From an uncultured Syntrophomonadaceae bacterium (GTDB lineage Bacteria > Bacillota > Dethiobacteria > DTU022): DNA of 64,000 nt. The stretch lies in contig CAYTER010000003.1 of assembly GCA_964436815.1 (NCBI GenBank), forward strand, positions 14,808 through 78,807, given 5' to 3'. Positions 43,594 through 53,268 of the stretch are shown here, piece after piece. Numbering within the stretch: the first letter of the stretch is position 1; each line of letters starts with the position of its first letter. Both the position numbers and the translations under genes were made by a program. Below the pieces are notes generated by a model. It ran no database searches. It was given only the letters and a program-made list of their open reading frames with translations, and was not told the DNA's origin.

Positions 43594-43887
43594 TCAGGAT
43601 ATGATCATTTTAAAAATATAAATTACAAATAATACTGTCAATAAACTGCTGAAAATTCTTAACTTCTGAGCAAAATTGCTCTTTACCTCCGATGTGTTTC
43701 GTTTAGAGGGAACAGCCTGAAATTTATAGATATTTAAAGGTTTATAGCTTTTATTTGGTGTTCCTTTTGAAAATAGTTCTTCAAAAGCGCTCGTATCAAC
43801 TTCAGGCCGGCGAACTTCAATGCCAAAAAGCTCCAAATCATCTAATGTTTGATGCTGGTCTTCTGAAACCTTTTTACTGCAATCCAT
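43594..43887 (-). CDS. Small hypothetical protein with C-terminal transmembrane tail anchor
   Basis: 97 aa with a GGAGGG RBS. The hydrophilic N-terminal ~75 aa are followed by a hydrophobic C-terminal helix (LLTVLFVIYIFKMII). No recognised family. Confidence 0.45.
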   Translation of the reverse strand: MDCSKKVSEDQHQTLDDLELFGIEVRRPEVDTSAFEELFSKGTPNKSYKPLNIYKFQAVPSKRNTSEVKSNFAQKLRIFSSLLTVLFVIYIFKMIIS

Positions 43888-44490
43888 CAAAAAAGGCCCT
43901 CCTTCCGGGGGACCGACAAAGAAAAATTTATAAACTGTCTCGGTAGCCAGGCTGCCGTAGCTTTTTTAGCTTTAGGTCCTTGGCTTTGCGTCCCTGCCTT
44001 TAAACAGGTTTGCCTTTGTCGGTCAGGTGTGTTGTTGTCATGAATCCTAGGAGTAGCTCTTAACACCTAATAATTTCTCCGTAACCACCGTCCTTATATC
44101 TCAGTTTTTAAGCTTTATATTTATCATAGCGATATTTGACATAATGTCAAGGACATTTTTGTTTTATGTTTAAAAATTTAATAGTATCTTTCAGGGATGT
44201 TTATTGTTGATCCGGTCATAGTGCAGAATTATTAAGGGGATCAACAGGTTAATATTGAAGCTCCGATAATAGTTGAATTAAAACAAGCTGTGGAAAAAGA
44301 ACTAAACCATCTGTAAAATTAGAATCTGCTTATTGGGATAAAAGATATATAGAATATCACGTTATATAAAGATCCGGACAATTTAACGCGAAAGACTTTG
44401 AAGGGTCTGAAATGAAAGATAGCGGTGTTAGGCAGATGTGATGTGCTCTTTCCTGCAATTGCTAGACGAGATCCCGATAAATCAATATAA

Positions 44491-44519
44491 TTGACATAGT
44501 AAATAGAATATTATAGAAT
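44491..44519 (+). promoter_or_regulatory. Sigma-A type promoter TTGACA-17-TAGAAT upstream of the GntR-family gene
   Basis: TTGACA at 44491-44496, a 17-nt spacer, TAGAAT at 44514-44519, about 35-45 nt before the start codon. Confidence 0.55.
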
Positions 44520-44562
44520 TTATCTTGTAATGACAGGATAACAACATGAAGGGATGAATTTA

Positions 44563-45390
44563 ATGGAAGGCAAAAATAGTAGCAGATATATCGACAAAAA
44601 TAGTGTTATTCCATATTATTACCAGCTAAAAGAACAATTAAAATCATTTTTTGAAGAAAACAATATGAAAGAAGGTGAGCAGATACAGTCAGAAGCTGAG
44701 TTGTGCAGGACTTATGGTGTAAGTCGGACTGTGGTGAGACAGGCAATTGCTGATCTGGTTAATGAGGGTTTGCTTTTCCGTCAGAAGGGTAAAGGAACTT
44801 TTATTGCAAAACCAAAAATTATTGGTAGTCTAATGCAAAATTTGAATGGTTTTTATAAAGATATGATGGTTAAAGAATTCAAAACAAAATCTGAAATCCT
44901 TGATTTTTCTATAGTTGCTGCACCAAAGAAGATCGCCTACAGACTCCAGCGTGAAGAGGGAGAGAAATTATTTAAAATTGACCGACTTCGCTTTGTCAAC
45001 GATGAACCAATTGTTTGTGTTATATCTTACATCCCCTTTAGTCTCTGCCCCGAACTAATTAATGAAGACCTAACCAATCAATCACTCTACGCAGTAATGG
45101 AGGAAAAGTATAATTTAAAAATTGCTTCTAGCCGCCGATCGATTGAAGCAGTTGGGGCGACTGAGGAAATCGCTGCCCTTCTGGGCATTGAACACTGCGC
45201 ACCAATATTTTTACTCAAAAGTATTAGTTATCTGGAAAACGGAATGCCGGTTGAATATTACGAAGCAAAGCACCGGGGTGATCGAATGGGTTTCGAAGTT
45301 GAAATAATTAATCAAAAAAAATCAAACCATCTCGACAGTGTTGATCTGAGTTTTCAAGTAATGAACCTTTCAGGACACAAGCAAGTATAG
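44563..45390 (+). CDS. GntR-family transcriptional regulator, HutC subfamily (UTRA effector domain)
   Basis: N-terminal wHTH (…LCRTYGVSRTVVRQAIADLVNEGLL…) and a C-terminal UTRA-like domain. Start at ATG 44563 (SD AAGGGA 9 nt upstream); ATG 44554 is an alternative. Confidence 0.85.
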   Translation: MEGKNSSRYIDKNSVIPYYYQLKEQLKSFFEENNMKEGEQIQSEAELCRTYGVSRTVVRQAIADLVNEGLLFRQKGKGTFIAKPKIIGSLMQNLNGFYKDMMVKEFKTKSEILDFSIVAAPKKIAYRLQREEGEKLFKIDRLRFVNDEPIVCVISYIPFSLCPELINEDLTNQSLYAVMEEKYNLKIASSRRSIEAVGATEEIAALLGIEHCAPIFLLKSISYLENGMPVEYYEAKHRGDRMGFEVEIINQKKSNHLDSVDLSFQVMNLSGHKQV

Positions 45391-45510
45391 ATAGTAGCAC
45401 CAAGCTGGTATCGCAAAGGGGGTGCTCGATGAATTAGTGATGGGTAGATAAGAGTTTAAGAACAACTAAGTTAGTTGGGCAGTAAGTATCATAAAGAGGA
45501 GGAGAATAGT

Positions 45511-46680
45511 GTGAAAAGAAAGTGCAATATTTTAATGCTGATTTTTGTTGTTATGATATCCGGGTTTCTGGTAATCGGCTGTGCGCCGAGTACCCCTGCC
45601 GAACCACCGGCAGAGGATGGTGAGTTAGTTTTAGAGAAAATAGTTATTGGCTGGACTCCCCCCGACATAACAGGGGTGTTCCAGACTGCAACTGAGTACT
45701 TCGAGCTGGCTGCTGAAGATGCCGGTAAAAGTGGTATTGAGGTTGAGGTGATTTCACGCTCCCCAGCTACCCACGTTGCTTTTGCCGACCAGGTAGCCAT
45801 TATTGAAGATTACATTACCATGGGTGTTGATGTAATCGCTATTTCGCCCACTGAGGTAGAAGTAGTCAAACCAGCGCTCCAGCAGGCTAACGCTGCGGGG
45901 ATCCCTATTATTATGGTTAACCTGTTAGAGCCAATTGATGGCGTGGATATCGCCTGTTATATCGGGTTCGACAACTTTGATGGCGCAGCCATCACAGCCT
46001 ATTCATTAGTAGATTACTTCGGTGGTCCCGGGGTCTTAGGTGAGGGTGATAAAGTTGACGCGACACCTGAAACTTATCTTGACCTGGCCTGGTGGGAAGA
46101 TGTTTATGCCGGTGTTGATCCTGCAGCATCGGGTATCGAAGCGCGCGGTGCGATTATTGAAGGCGTAGCTGGAGGCTTTTTCTCCGTTACCCGTGTGGAA
46201 GGCTTCCGCTCAGTAATCGACGAGTACCCGGGTATAGTTGAAGTAATGGAGCCAATTCCAGCTGACTGGAACAGAGAAAAAGGTATTGCAGCTGCAGAAG
46301 ATATCCTGGCAGCCAACCCTGAAGGAACCCTGGACTGGATCTGGGCAGCCTCTAATGAAATGGGTATGGGAGCCAGGCTTGCCTGTGAATCTGCAGGCAG
46401 GACCGAAGTTGCAGTATTTACAAATGACGTAACACCAGAATCAGTTCTTGAATTTATCAATAAAGATCGCATAGTGGCAGAAACAACTCACGGCTTTCCT
46501 GATTGGGGATGGTTTGGAACGAAGTATGCTGTAATGTTGGCACTTGGGTTGGATGTACCGCAATTTGAAGACATTCGCCCACGTACTGCTTACAAAGATA
46601 ACAGCTTCATGTTCTACCCAGAACCTGTATTACCACCAATTGATTGGGATGAAATTTTGGTCAATGCAGGTTTGAAGTAA
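45511..46680 (+). CDS. Sugar ABC transporter substrate-binding lipoprotein (CUT2/RbsB-like type I PBP)
   Basis: GTG start with AAGAGGAGGAG RBS and a VIGC lipobox. Periplasmic sugar-binding fold, about 390 aa. Confidence 0.82.
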   Translation: MKRKCNILMLIFVVMISGFLVIGCAPSTPAEPPAEDGELVLEKIVIGWTPPDITGVFQTATEYFELAAEDAGKSGIEVEVISRSPATHVAFADQVAIIEDYITMGVDVIAISPTEVEVVKPALQQANAAGIPIIMVNLLEPIDGVDIACYIGFDNFDGAAITAYSLVDYFGGPGVLGEGDKVDATPETYLDLAWWEDVYAGVDPAASGIEARGAIIEGVAGGFFSVTRVEGFRSVIDEYPGIVEVMEPIPADWNREKGIAAAEDILAANPEGTLDWIWAASNEMGMGARLACESAGRTEVAVFTNDVTPESVLEFINKDRIVAETTHGFPDWGWFGTKYAVMLALGLDVPQFEDIRPRTAYKDNSFMFYPEPVLPPIDWDEILVNAGLK

Positions 46681-46891
46681 CCAACGGTAAGGGGGGGGGA
46701 TAATCTACCCCCCTCCCTTACACTACCTGCCACTCAGCTTGATAGCTGAGTTTAGCAGCATACACATGTTTATTGTACATCAAATTTATTATCTTAAAAA
46801 GACCATCATAAAAACACATGCTATTACATAATGTTATAGTAACAGCCTTGCAGTTCACATATCAGCAAGTTTGTGCAAAGGAGAGTCGGGT

Positions 46892-48397
46892 ATGGTTCAA
46901 ACACCGCTACTCGAGCTGAAGGGTTTAAATAAAAGCTATCCTGGTGTTCAGGCTTTAAAGGGAGTTGATTTCGATCTACATTCCGGTGAAGTGCACTTTT
47001 TGCTTGGTGAAAATGGAGCCGGAAAGTCTACATTGCTGAAAATTCTAAGTGGTTCAGTACAAAAAGACAGCGGTACAATTCTGCTTGAAGGAGTTCCAAT
47101 CGAGATTAACAACCCGGCTGATTCGCGACATCATAAGATTGCCATGGTTTATCAAGAACTGAGTTTACTACCATCTCTTACAGCAGCAGAAAATATATTC
47201 CTGGGTGAGCTTCCCCTAAAGAGATGGAGTAAAACTGTTGATTGGAAAAAAGTTTACAACGAAACAGAGGCCGCATTAAAAACAGTCGGATTAAATATAA
47301 CGCCACAGAAATTGGTTAATGAACTTTCTGTTGGCGAGAAACAACTGGTGGAGATAGCCAAAGCAATGTCACGAAAAGCTCGGATTCTGCTTCTTGACGA
47401 ACCGACTTCTGCGTTGACAGGAGAAGAATCTGACAAGCTTTTTACTCTGATAAAAGAGTTACAGGCAAAAGGTATTGCCATCCTCTATATCTCCCATCGC
47501 TTGGCTGAATTGCCCAAAATAGCTCAGCGGGTTACTGTTCTCCGCGATGGCGAAAAGATGGGGACCTTTCCTGTAGACGATGTTGAAGAAAAAGATCTGA
47601 TCAGAATGATGGTGGGTCGGGAAATTGAAGAAAAATATCCAAAAGAAAAAATTGCAATCGGAGAGCCTCTGCTGGAGGTAATCAACCTTAACCTGAAAAA
47701 CCGTATCAAGGGTTTAAACCTGACGGTGAGAAATGGAGAAATTGTCGGTGTTTTCGGGTTAATGGGTGCAGGAAGAACCTCACTGGCCAATGTTCTCTTT
47801 GGTATTGAAAAACCGGACAGTGGGCTAGTCAAAGTTAACGGCAGTAATGTTAGCATTAATAACCCCTGGGATGCAATTCGTGCTGGTTTTGGGTATATCA
47901 CGGAAGATCGGCGCGGCAGTTTAGCTCCGCGTATGAGCATAGCGGCAAATATAACCCTGCCCAATCTCAAGCGCCTTTTATTGTGGGGTTTCCTGAGCTT
48001 ATTTAAAGAAAAGCTCCTGGTTCAGAACTTTGTAGACGAGTTGAAGATCGCCACACCGAACTTGCAGCAGCTCTGTGAGTTTCTTAGCGGGGGTAATCAG
48101 CAAAAGGTAGTGCTGGCACGCTGGATTTGTGCGAATTCAAAGATTTTGTTATTGGATGAGCCGACAAGAGGTATAGATGTTGGCTCAAAAGTTGAAGTAT
48201 ACCGCTTAATGGGTCGGTTAGCGAAAGAGAATGCGGCTATATTGATGTTCAGTTCAGAGCTTCCTGAAGTAATGGCTGTCAGCGATCGCATACTGGTAAT
48301 GTGTGAAGGAGAAATTGCTGCATCTTTCAATCAAAATGAGACAACCCCGGATGAAATCATGTTGTATGCAACGGGACGGAGGAAAGCGTGTGGATAA
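46892..48397 (+). CDS. Sugar ABC transporter ATP-binding protein with duplicated ABC domains (RbsA/MglA/XylG-like)
   Basis: Two nucleotide-binding domains (GENGAGKST; LSGGNQQK; LDEPT). Start at ATG 46892 with AAAGGAGAG RBS. Confidence 0.88.
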   Translation: MVQTPLLELKGLNKSYPGVQALKGVDFDLHSGEVHFLLGENGAGKSTLLKILSGSVQKDSGTILLEGVPIEINNPADSRHHKIAMVYQELSLLPSLTAAENIFLGELPLKRWSKTVDWKKVYNETEAALKTVGLNITPQKLVNELSVGEKQLVEIAKAMSRKARILLLDEPTSALTGEESDKLFTLIKELQAKGIAILYISHRLAELPKIAQRVTVLRDGEKMGTFPVDDVEEKDLIRMMVGREIEEKYPKEKIAIGEPLLEVINLNLKNRIKGLNLTVRNGEIVGVFGLMGAGRTSLANVLFGIEKPDSGLVKVNGSNVSINNPWDAIRAGFGYITEDRRGSLAPRMSIAANITLPNLKRLLLWGFLSLFKEKLLVQNFVDELKIATPNLQQLCEFLSGGNQQKVVLARWICANSKILLLDEPTRGIDVGSKVEVYRLMGRLAKENAAILMFSSELPEVMAVSDRILVMCEGEIAASFNQNETTPDEIMLYATGRRKACG

Positions 48398-49436
48398 TAA
48401 TAAAATAGCTCAAGTAACTGCTCTACAGGAAAAGTTGAAAGTAAAGCTAACTGCCTCAGACTATTTGCGAAAAGCAGTAGCCATGGGTGGCCCGGTTATT
48501 GCTCTAGCGTTGCTGATGACCTATTTTAGTATAGCTTCGCCTTTCTTTGCCACCAGCGGAAATATCATCAATATTACCCGTCAATCTTCCATAAATATAA
48601 TGTTAGCTACCGGTCAGAGTTTAGTGATTCTATCAGGTGGTATCGATCTTTCGGTCGGAGCGATAATGGCGCTGGCTGCTTCTGTTTCAACTGTTGCCAT
48701 GACCTATCATGGTATCAATGTTTGGCTGGGTATGCTGCTTAGTCTGGGTGTAGGATCTTTTGCCGGTTTCATAAACGGGTTGGTTATAGCCAAAGGTAAG
48801 GTGCCTGACTTTATCGCCACCCTTGGTATGATGACCGTAGCACGAGGAGTGGCCTTGCTTGTCACCGGTGGCCTTCCTGTTCCGTCGCATCGGATTGCCC
48901 ATGAAGTTGTAGCTCACATCCCCGATCAATTGTTATGGCTTGGCGGAGGCAAACTTTTTGGTATACCAACCGCACTGCTGGCAGCTATTGGGATTGTTCT
49001 TTTAGGCTGGTTCATCACCCGTTATACAAGATTGGGACGTTCATTATATGCAGTAGGCGGAAACAAAGAAGCAGCCCGAGTATCCGGAATAAACATTGAA
49101 CGCACCAAAATAGCCGTCTATACCATATCCGGGGCTTTTGCCGGAATAGCAGCTTTAGTCCTGACGGGACGTATGAACTCCGCCAATGCACTAATGGGTG
49201 AAGGAGCAGAGCTGCAGTCTATTGCAGCTGTGGTTATCGGTGGTTCTAATCTATACGGTGGTGAAGGCGGTGTCGGAGGCACCCTAGTCGGAGCGCTTAT
49301 TATGGGTGTTCTGAATAATGGTTTGAACCTGATTAATGTTTCTGCATTCTGGCAGAGAGTTATTCTGGGTTCAGTACTGATCACTGTAGTAATCTTTGAT
49401 CAATGGCGTCGCCGGCGTCTTTCGGTTACACACTAG
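48390..49436 (+). CDS. Sugar ABC transporter permease (RbsC/XylH-like, BPD type-2)
   Basis: GTG start that overlaps the ATPase stop, with CGGAGG RBS. About 10 TM helices. Confidence 0.85.
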   Translation: MDNNKIAQVTALQEKLKVKLTASDYLRKAVAMGGPVIALALLMTYFSIASPFFATSGNIINITRQSSINIMLATGQSLVILSGGIDLSVGAIMALAASVSTVAMTYHGINVWLGMLLSLGVGSFAGFINGLVIAKGKVPDFIATLGMMTVARGVALLVTGGLPVPSHRIAHEVVAHIPDQLLWLGGGKLFGIPTALLAAIGIVLLGWFITRYTRLGRSLYAVGGNKEAARVSGINIERTKIAVYTISGAFAGIAALVLTGRMNSANALMGEGAELQSIAAVVIGGSNLYGGEGGVGGTLVGALIMGVLNNGLNLINVSAFWQRVILGSVLITVVIFDQWRRRRLSVTH

Positions 49437-49488
49437 CAAGGGTAAGCGACATTTGACAGCAAAGCTATTATTCCAGGGAGGTTCGGTA

Positions 49489-50250
49489 ATGAATTTTAAC
49501 GGCAAAGTAGTTATTGTTACCGGCAGTGGAGAAGGCATTGGCCGTGCGACTGCCATTGCTTTTGCCCAAAAAGGAGCCCGCGTGGCAATTGCTGACGCCG
49601 CTCCTCTGAAGGGAAAAGATACTGTTGCATTAATTGAAGCCAGTGGTGGCGAGGCAATGTTTGTTGAAGTGGATGTTTCCAATAATGAAAGTGTAGGCCA
49701 AATGGTTGGTAATGTGATTCAAGTTTTTGGTACTATAAATATCCTTGTCAATAATGCTGGTATACACGCTCAGGGTGATGTGGTGAAAACTTCTGAAGAT
49801 GCATGGGATAAGATTATGGCCGTGAATCTGAAAGGAGTTTACCTATGTTCACATCATGTGATCCCGGTGATGATTGAAAAAGGAAGCGGTGTGATCGTTA
49901 ACGTTGCTTCAGAAGCGGGAATGGTCGGCATAAAAGGACAGGTGGCTTATAACGTATCCAAGGCGGGTGTAATTTCTCTTACTCAAAGCATGGCCGTTGA
50001 TTTTGCTGCCAGAGGAATCCGGGTAAATGCTGTCTCGCCCGGAACAACAGAGACACCCTTGGTAATGAAAATACTGGATGAAGCGGATAATCCTGAAGAA
50101 ATCCGCAAGAATCTTGAAGGGTCTCGTCCCTTAAATAGGCTTGGCAGAATGGATGAAATAGCTGCAGCAATCATGGCAATGGCTTCAGAAGAGTTGGGCT
50201 ATGCTACAGGTTCTGTTTTGACAATTGATGGTGGTTATACAGCCCAGTAA
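49489..50250 (+). CDS. SDR-family oxidoreductase (KduD / gluconate 5-dehydrogenase-like)
   Basis: TGSGEGIG Rossmann motif, NNAG, and the catalytic YxxxK (YNVSK). Confidence 0.85.
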   Translation: MNFNGKVVIVTGSGEGIGRATAIAFAQKGARVAIADAAPLKGKDTVALIEASGGEAMFVEVDVSNNESVGQMVGNVIQVFGTINILVNNAGIHAQGDVVKTSEDAWDKIMAVNLKGVYLCSHHVIPVMIEKGSGVIVNVASEAGMVGIKGQVAYNVSKAGVISLTQSMAVDFAARGIRVNAVSPGTTETPLVMKILDEADNPEEIRKNLEGSRPLNRLGRMDEIAAAIMAMASEELGYATGSVLTIDGGYTAQ

Positions 50251-50292
50251 CCATCATCATATTCAGTTCACATCAGGCTGGAGGGTTTGTGT

Positions 50293-51165
50293 ATGTTCAA
50301 ATATGCAGTGAGTAACTGGATCTATGGCGAGGAAGAATTGGAGACGACCTGTAAAAGACTGCATCGTTTTGGGTATGATGCGATAGAGCTGGTAGGAGAG
50401 CCTGAACGATACAATCTGGATCAAATAAAAAGACTAACACTAAAATATAATTTAGAGGTTTCTTCTGTTTTAAGCTGGTGCCTTTGGCCTTTGGAAGATC
50501 GGGATCTGGCGCATCCAAACCATGAATATCGTGCACAGGCAGTAAATTATATCATGCGTAATGTTGATCTGGCGGTAGAGGTTGGTGCACCGATTGTGAT
50601 TATAATTCCAGCACCATCAGGGAGACCGGCACCACATCGAAATCCGACCGTAGCGGCAGATTGGCAAAATGCAGCGAAGGAAGAATGGGAGCTGGCGGTC
50701 ATTTCTGTTCGAGAAGTTGCTTCGTATGCACAGAAGAATAATATTTCTATATCGGTCGAGCCAATAAATCGGTTTGAGACATTTCTGATCAATAGCGTTG
50801 ATCAGGGGTTAAATTTTGTTGAAGATGTAGGTTTTAGAAATGTAAAGCTCCACCTGGATACATTTCACATGAATATCGAAGATGTCAATCTGGGCCAAGC
50901 CATAGTGAAAGCAGGATCGCTTTTAACAAGTATGCACCTGTCTGACAGCAACAGATGTGCTATTGGGCGGGGGCATATTGATTTCAAACAAATTATGAAG
51001 AGTTTAGCAGAAATTAATTTTCAGGGTTCATTAATTCTGGAGCCTCTTCCTCTTCATCCCAATCCATTTATTGCTGCCGATCTTGAAGAATTTCGTTCAA
51101 CCTGGGATAGCGACCTTGAAAGTAGCATCGGTGTACTGAGAGAATTGGAATCATGCTGCAGCTGA
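50293..51165 (+). CDS. Sugar phosphate isomerase/epimerase (xylose isomerase-like TIM barrel; Hyi/IolE-like), paralog 1
   Basis: AP-endonuclease-2/XI-like TIM barrel (…EPINRFETFLIN…HLDTFHMNIED…). Start at ATG 50293 with GGAGGG RBS. Confidence 0.8.
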   Translation: MFKYAVSNWIYGEEELETTCKRLHRFGYDAIELVGEPERYNLDQIKRLTLKYNLEVSSVLSWCLWPLEDRDLAHPNHEYRAQAVNYIMRNVDLAVEVGAPIVIIIPAPSGRPAPHRNPTVAADWQNAAKEEWELAVISVREVASYAQKNNISISVEPINRFETFLINSVDQGLNFVEDVGFRNVKLHLDTFHMNIEDVNLGQAIVKAGSLLTSMHLSDSNRCAIGRGHIDFKQIMKSLAEINFQGSLILEPLPLHPNPFIAADLEEFRSTWDSDLESSIGVLRELESCCS

Positions 51166-51188
51166 AATAAAAGGTTAGGAGGATTTTC

Positions 51189-53009
51189 ATGTTTAGTGGA
51201 GCATACTTGCAGAAAATTTTACGGATTAATTTAACTACTGAGCAATATTCTGAAGAAGTTGTGCCCGAGGAACTATACCGCAGATATCTTGGTGGACGGG
51301 GGATCGCAGCATATTACTACTACCAAGAAATTGGCGCCGATACCGATCCCCTTTCTGAAGATAACAAACTGATCTTTTTCACCGGCCCACTGACCGGATT
51401 ACCGCTTCCCTCAACCACAAAGTTTCAGTGTGCTACCCGCTCGCCGGAGACAGGCGTCTACCTGTGTAGCAACAGTGGTGGAGAAGTTGGCCCTTATTTA
51501 AAACGCAAGGGTTATGACGGTTTAGTCATTGAAGGGCGGGCGAAGCGCCTGCTCTATCTGGTGATCAGTCAGGATGGGGTTGAATTCAAGGATGCTGCTG
51601 GAATGAAAGAGCTTAAGACTAGTGTAATGATAAAAACGGTCCGCGAGCAATTAGGGCAACCAAGGTTAGCGGTAATGGTTGCCGGACCTGCTGCTTTTAA
51701 CGGCGTCCACTATGCAAATATCATGGTTAAAGATCGGAGTTTTGGCCGTGGCGGAGCGGGTGCGGTGATGGCTTCAAAGAATTTAAAAGCAGTTGCAGTC
51801 AGCCCTTCTGGTGTTATACCGGTAGCTGATGCTGAACGAATAAAGGCTATTAATCCAGAAGCAGTGATTAAAGCTAAAGAAGGTAAGCGCGAACATAATC
51901 TATATGGTACCAACCAGTATACTGAAGTAATGAACGAACTGGGTTGTTACTCTGTAAAAAACTTTACCACGGGCAAGCTGAAGGGTTATGAAACCCTAAG
52001 CAAAGACTATGTAACTGAACATTACAAAGAGAAGAGCATTGCCTGTTTCCGCTGCCCGGTGGCCTGTGCTCAGCTATGTACAGTAAAAGAAAATGGACCC
52101 TATAAAGGGATGCGTTCTGATCCTGAGTATGAAACAGTTGGAACCCTGGGGGGTGTGTGTGGTGTAACTGACTTTGCTGCAGTTATTGCCGGTAACTACC
52201 TCTGTGATGAGTATGGCATTGATACAATGACAGTGGGCGATATAATTGGTTATGCCATGGAGTGTTTTGAAACAGGCCTGTTCAGTCTGGATGATACCGG
52301 AGGCCTCGAACTTCGTTTCGGCGATGGTGATGCTATGGTTGAAATGATCAGGCAGATTGGAGAAGGTGTAGGTTTTGGAGCAGTCTTAGGGAAAGGTTTT
52401 CGTTTAATGGCTAAAGATTACCCCCAGACAATTAATAAAATGATGCATGTTAAATGGATGCCTTTTGCTGCATATGAGCCTCGCGGTTTTTATGGAATGG
52501 CTTTAGCCTACGGCACATCCAGCCGGGGTGCCTGCCATAATGTTGGGGGTTGGACTATTCGTGACGAACTCCTTACAAAGAATTACGATCGTTTTTCCCT
52601 TCATGGTAAAGGAGAACTTGTTAAACGACTCCAGGACACAAGGGCTTATATTGACTGCCTGGGTATTTGTACAGTTGTTCGCAGCGCTCTTGGCTTTACC
52701 GATACCCCGGAAGGAGACGTGCTCCAAGCTGCAACTGGAGTAAACTTTACACCGGATCTGATGAAGATCGGCGAGAGGATAAATACACTTGAACGTTTGA
52801 TTTTAATTCGGGAGGGTATTGGCCGTGGAAATGACTATCCACCGGAAAGGACATTAAGCGAGCCGCTTCCAGAAGGGCCGGCAAAGGGGAAAATTCTAAC
52901 CAGGGAAATGTATGATCTCATGCTTGATGAATATTACCGACTGAGACTCTGGGATAAAAATGGAATACCTACCAAAAAAGGACTCAAAGCTCAGGAGGTC
53001 TTATTTTGA
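51189..53009 (+). CDS. aor: Aldehyde:ferredoxin oxidoreductase (tungsten-containing AOR family)
   Basis: 606 aa with the AFOR N- and C-domains and the Cys-x2-Cys-x3-Cys [4Fe-4S] motif (CFRCPVAC). AGGAGG RBS. Confidence 0.88.
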   Translation: MFSGAYLQKILRINLTTEQYSEEVVPEELYRRYLGGRGIAAYYYYQEIGADTDPLSEDNKLIFFTGPLTGLPLPSTTKFQCATRSPETGVYLCSNSGGEVGPYLKRKGYDGLVIEGRAKRLLYLVISQDGVEFKDAAGMKELKTSVMIKTVREQLGQPRLAVMVAGPAAFNGVHYANIMVKDRSFGRGGAGAVMASKNLKAVAVSPSGVIPVADAERIKAINPEAVIKAKEGKREHNLYGTNQYTEVMNELGCYSVKNFTTGKLKGYETLSKDYVTEHYKEKSIACFRCPVACAQLCTVKENGPYKGMRSDPEYETVGTLGGVCGVTDFAAVIAGNYLCDEYGIDTMTVGDIIGYAMECFETGLFSLDDTGGLELRFGDGDAMVEMIRQIGEGVGFGAVLGKGFRLMAKDYPQTINKMMHVKWMPFAAYEPRGFYGMALAYGTSSRGACHNVGGWTIRDELLTKNYDRFSLHGKGELVKRLQDTRAYIDCLGICTVVRSALGFTDTPEGDVLQAATGVNFTPDLMKIGERINTLERLILIREGIGRGNDYPPERTLSEPLPEGPAKGKILTREMYDLMLDEYYRLRLWDKNGIPTKKGLKAQEVLF

Positions 53010-53266
53010 TTGTCATTTCAGTTAAATACACTGGTTTGCTCAGGAGTGAAGCCGGTAACAGCGAAGAAAAATGGCCGCTAAAAGAAGGTGCCACTCTGGA
53101 AAAGCTACTGGCAGAAGTTGCATTGAAGTACAATGTGCAATTAGATGACCACGCTAAGTTTATTATTGTCTTTAACGACCATGGTATCAAATTTGAACAG
53201 TGGTCTAAACAGGTTCTCCGGAATAATGATCAGGTGCTTATCCTACCGTCAATTTCGGGAGGTTGA
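53006..53266 (+). CDS. MoaD/ThiS-family ubiquitin-like sulfur-carrier protein (C-terminal Gly-Gly)
   Basis: 86 aa ending …ISGG. TTG start with CAGGAGG RBS, overlapping the aor stop. Confidence 0.75.
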   Translation: MIVISVKYTGLLRSEAGNSEEKWPLKEGATLEKLLAEVALKYNVQLDDHAKFIIVFNDHGIKFEQWSKQVLRNNDQVLILPSISGG

Positions 53267-53268
53267 GA

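Noticed and set aside
46690-46720. G8 homopolymer as a phase-variation switch
   Set aside because: It is intergenic and paired with a C-run in a hairpin, not in a coding region or promoter spacer. It is kept only as a minor note in the findings.
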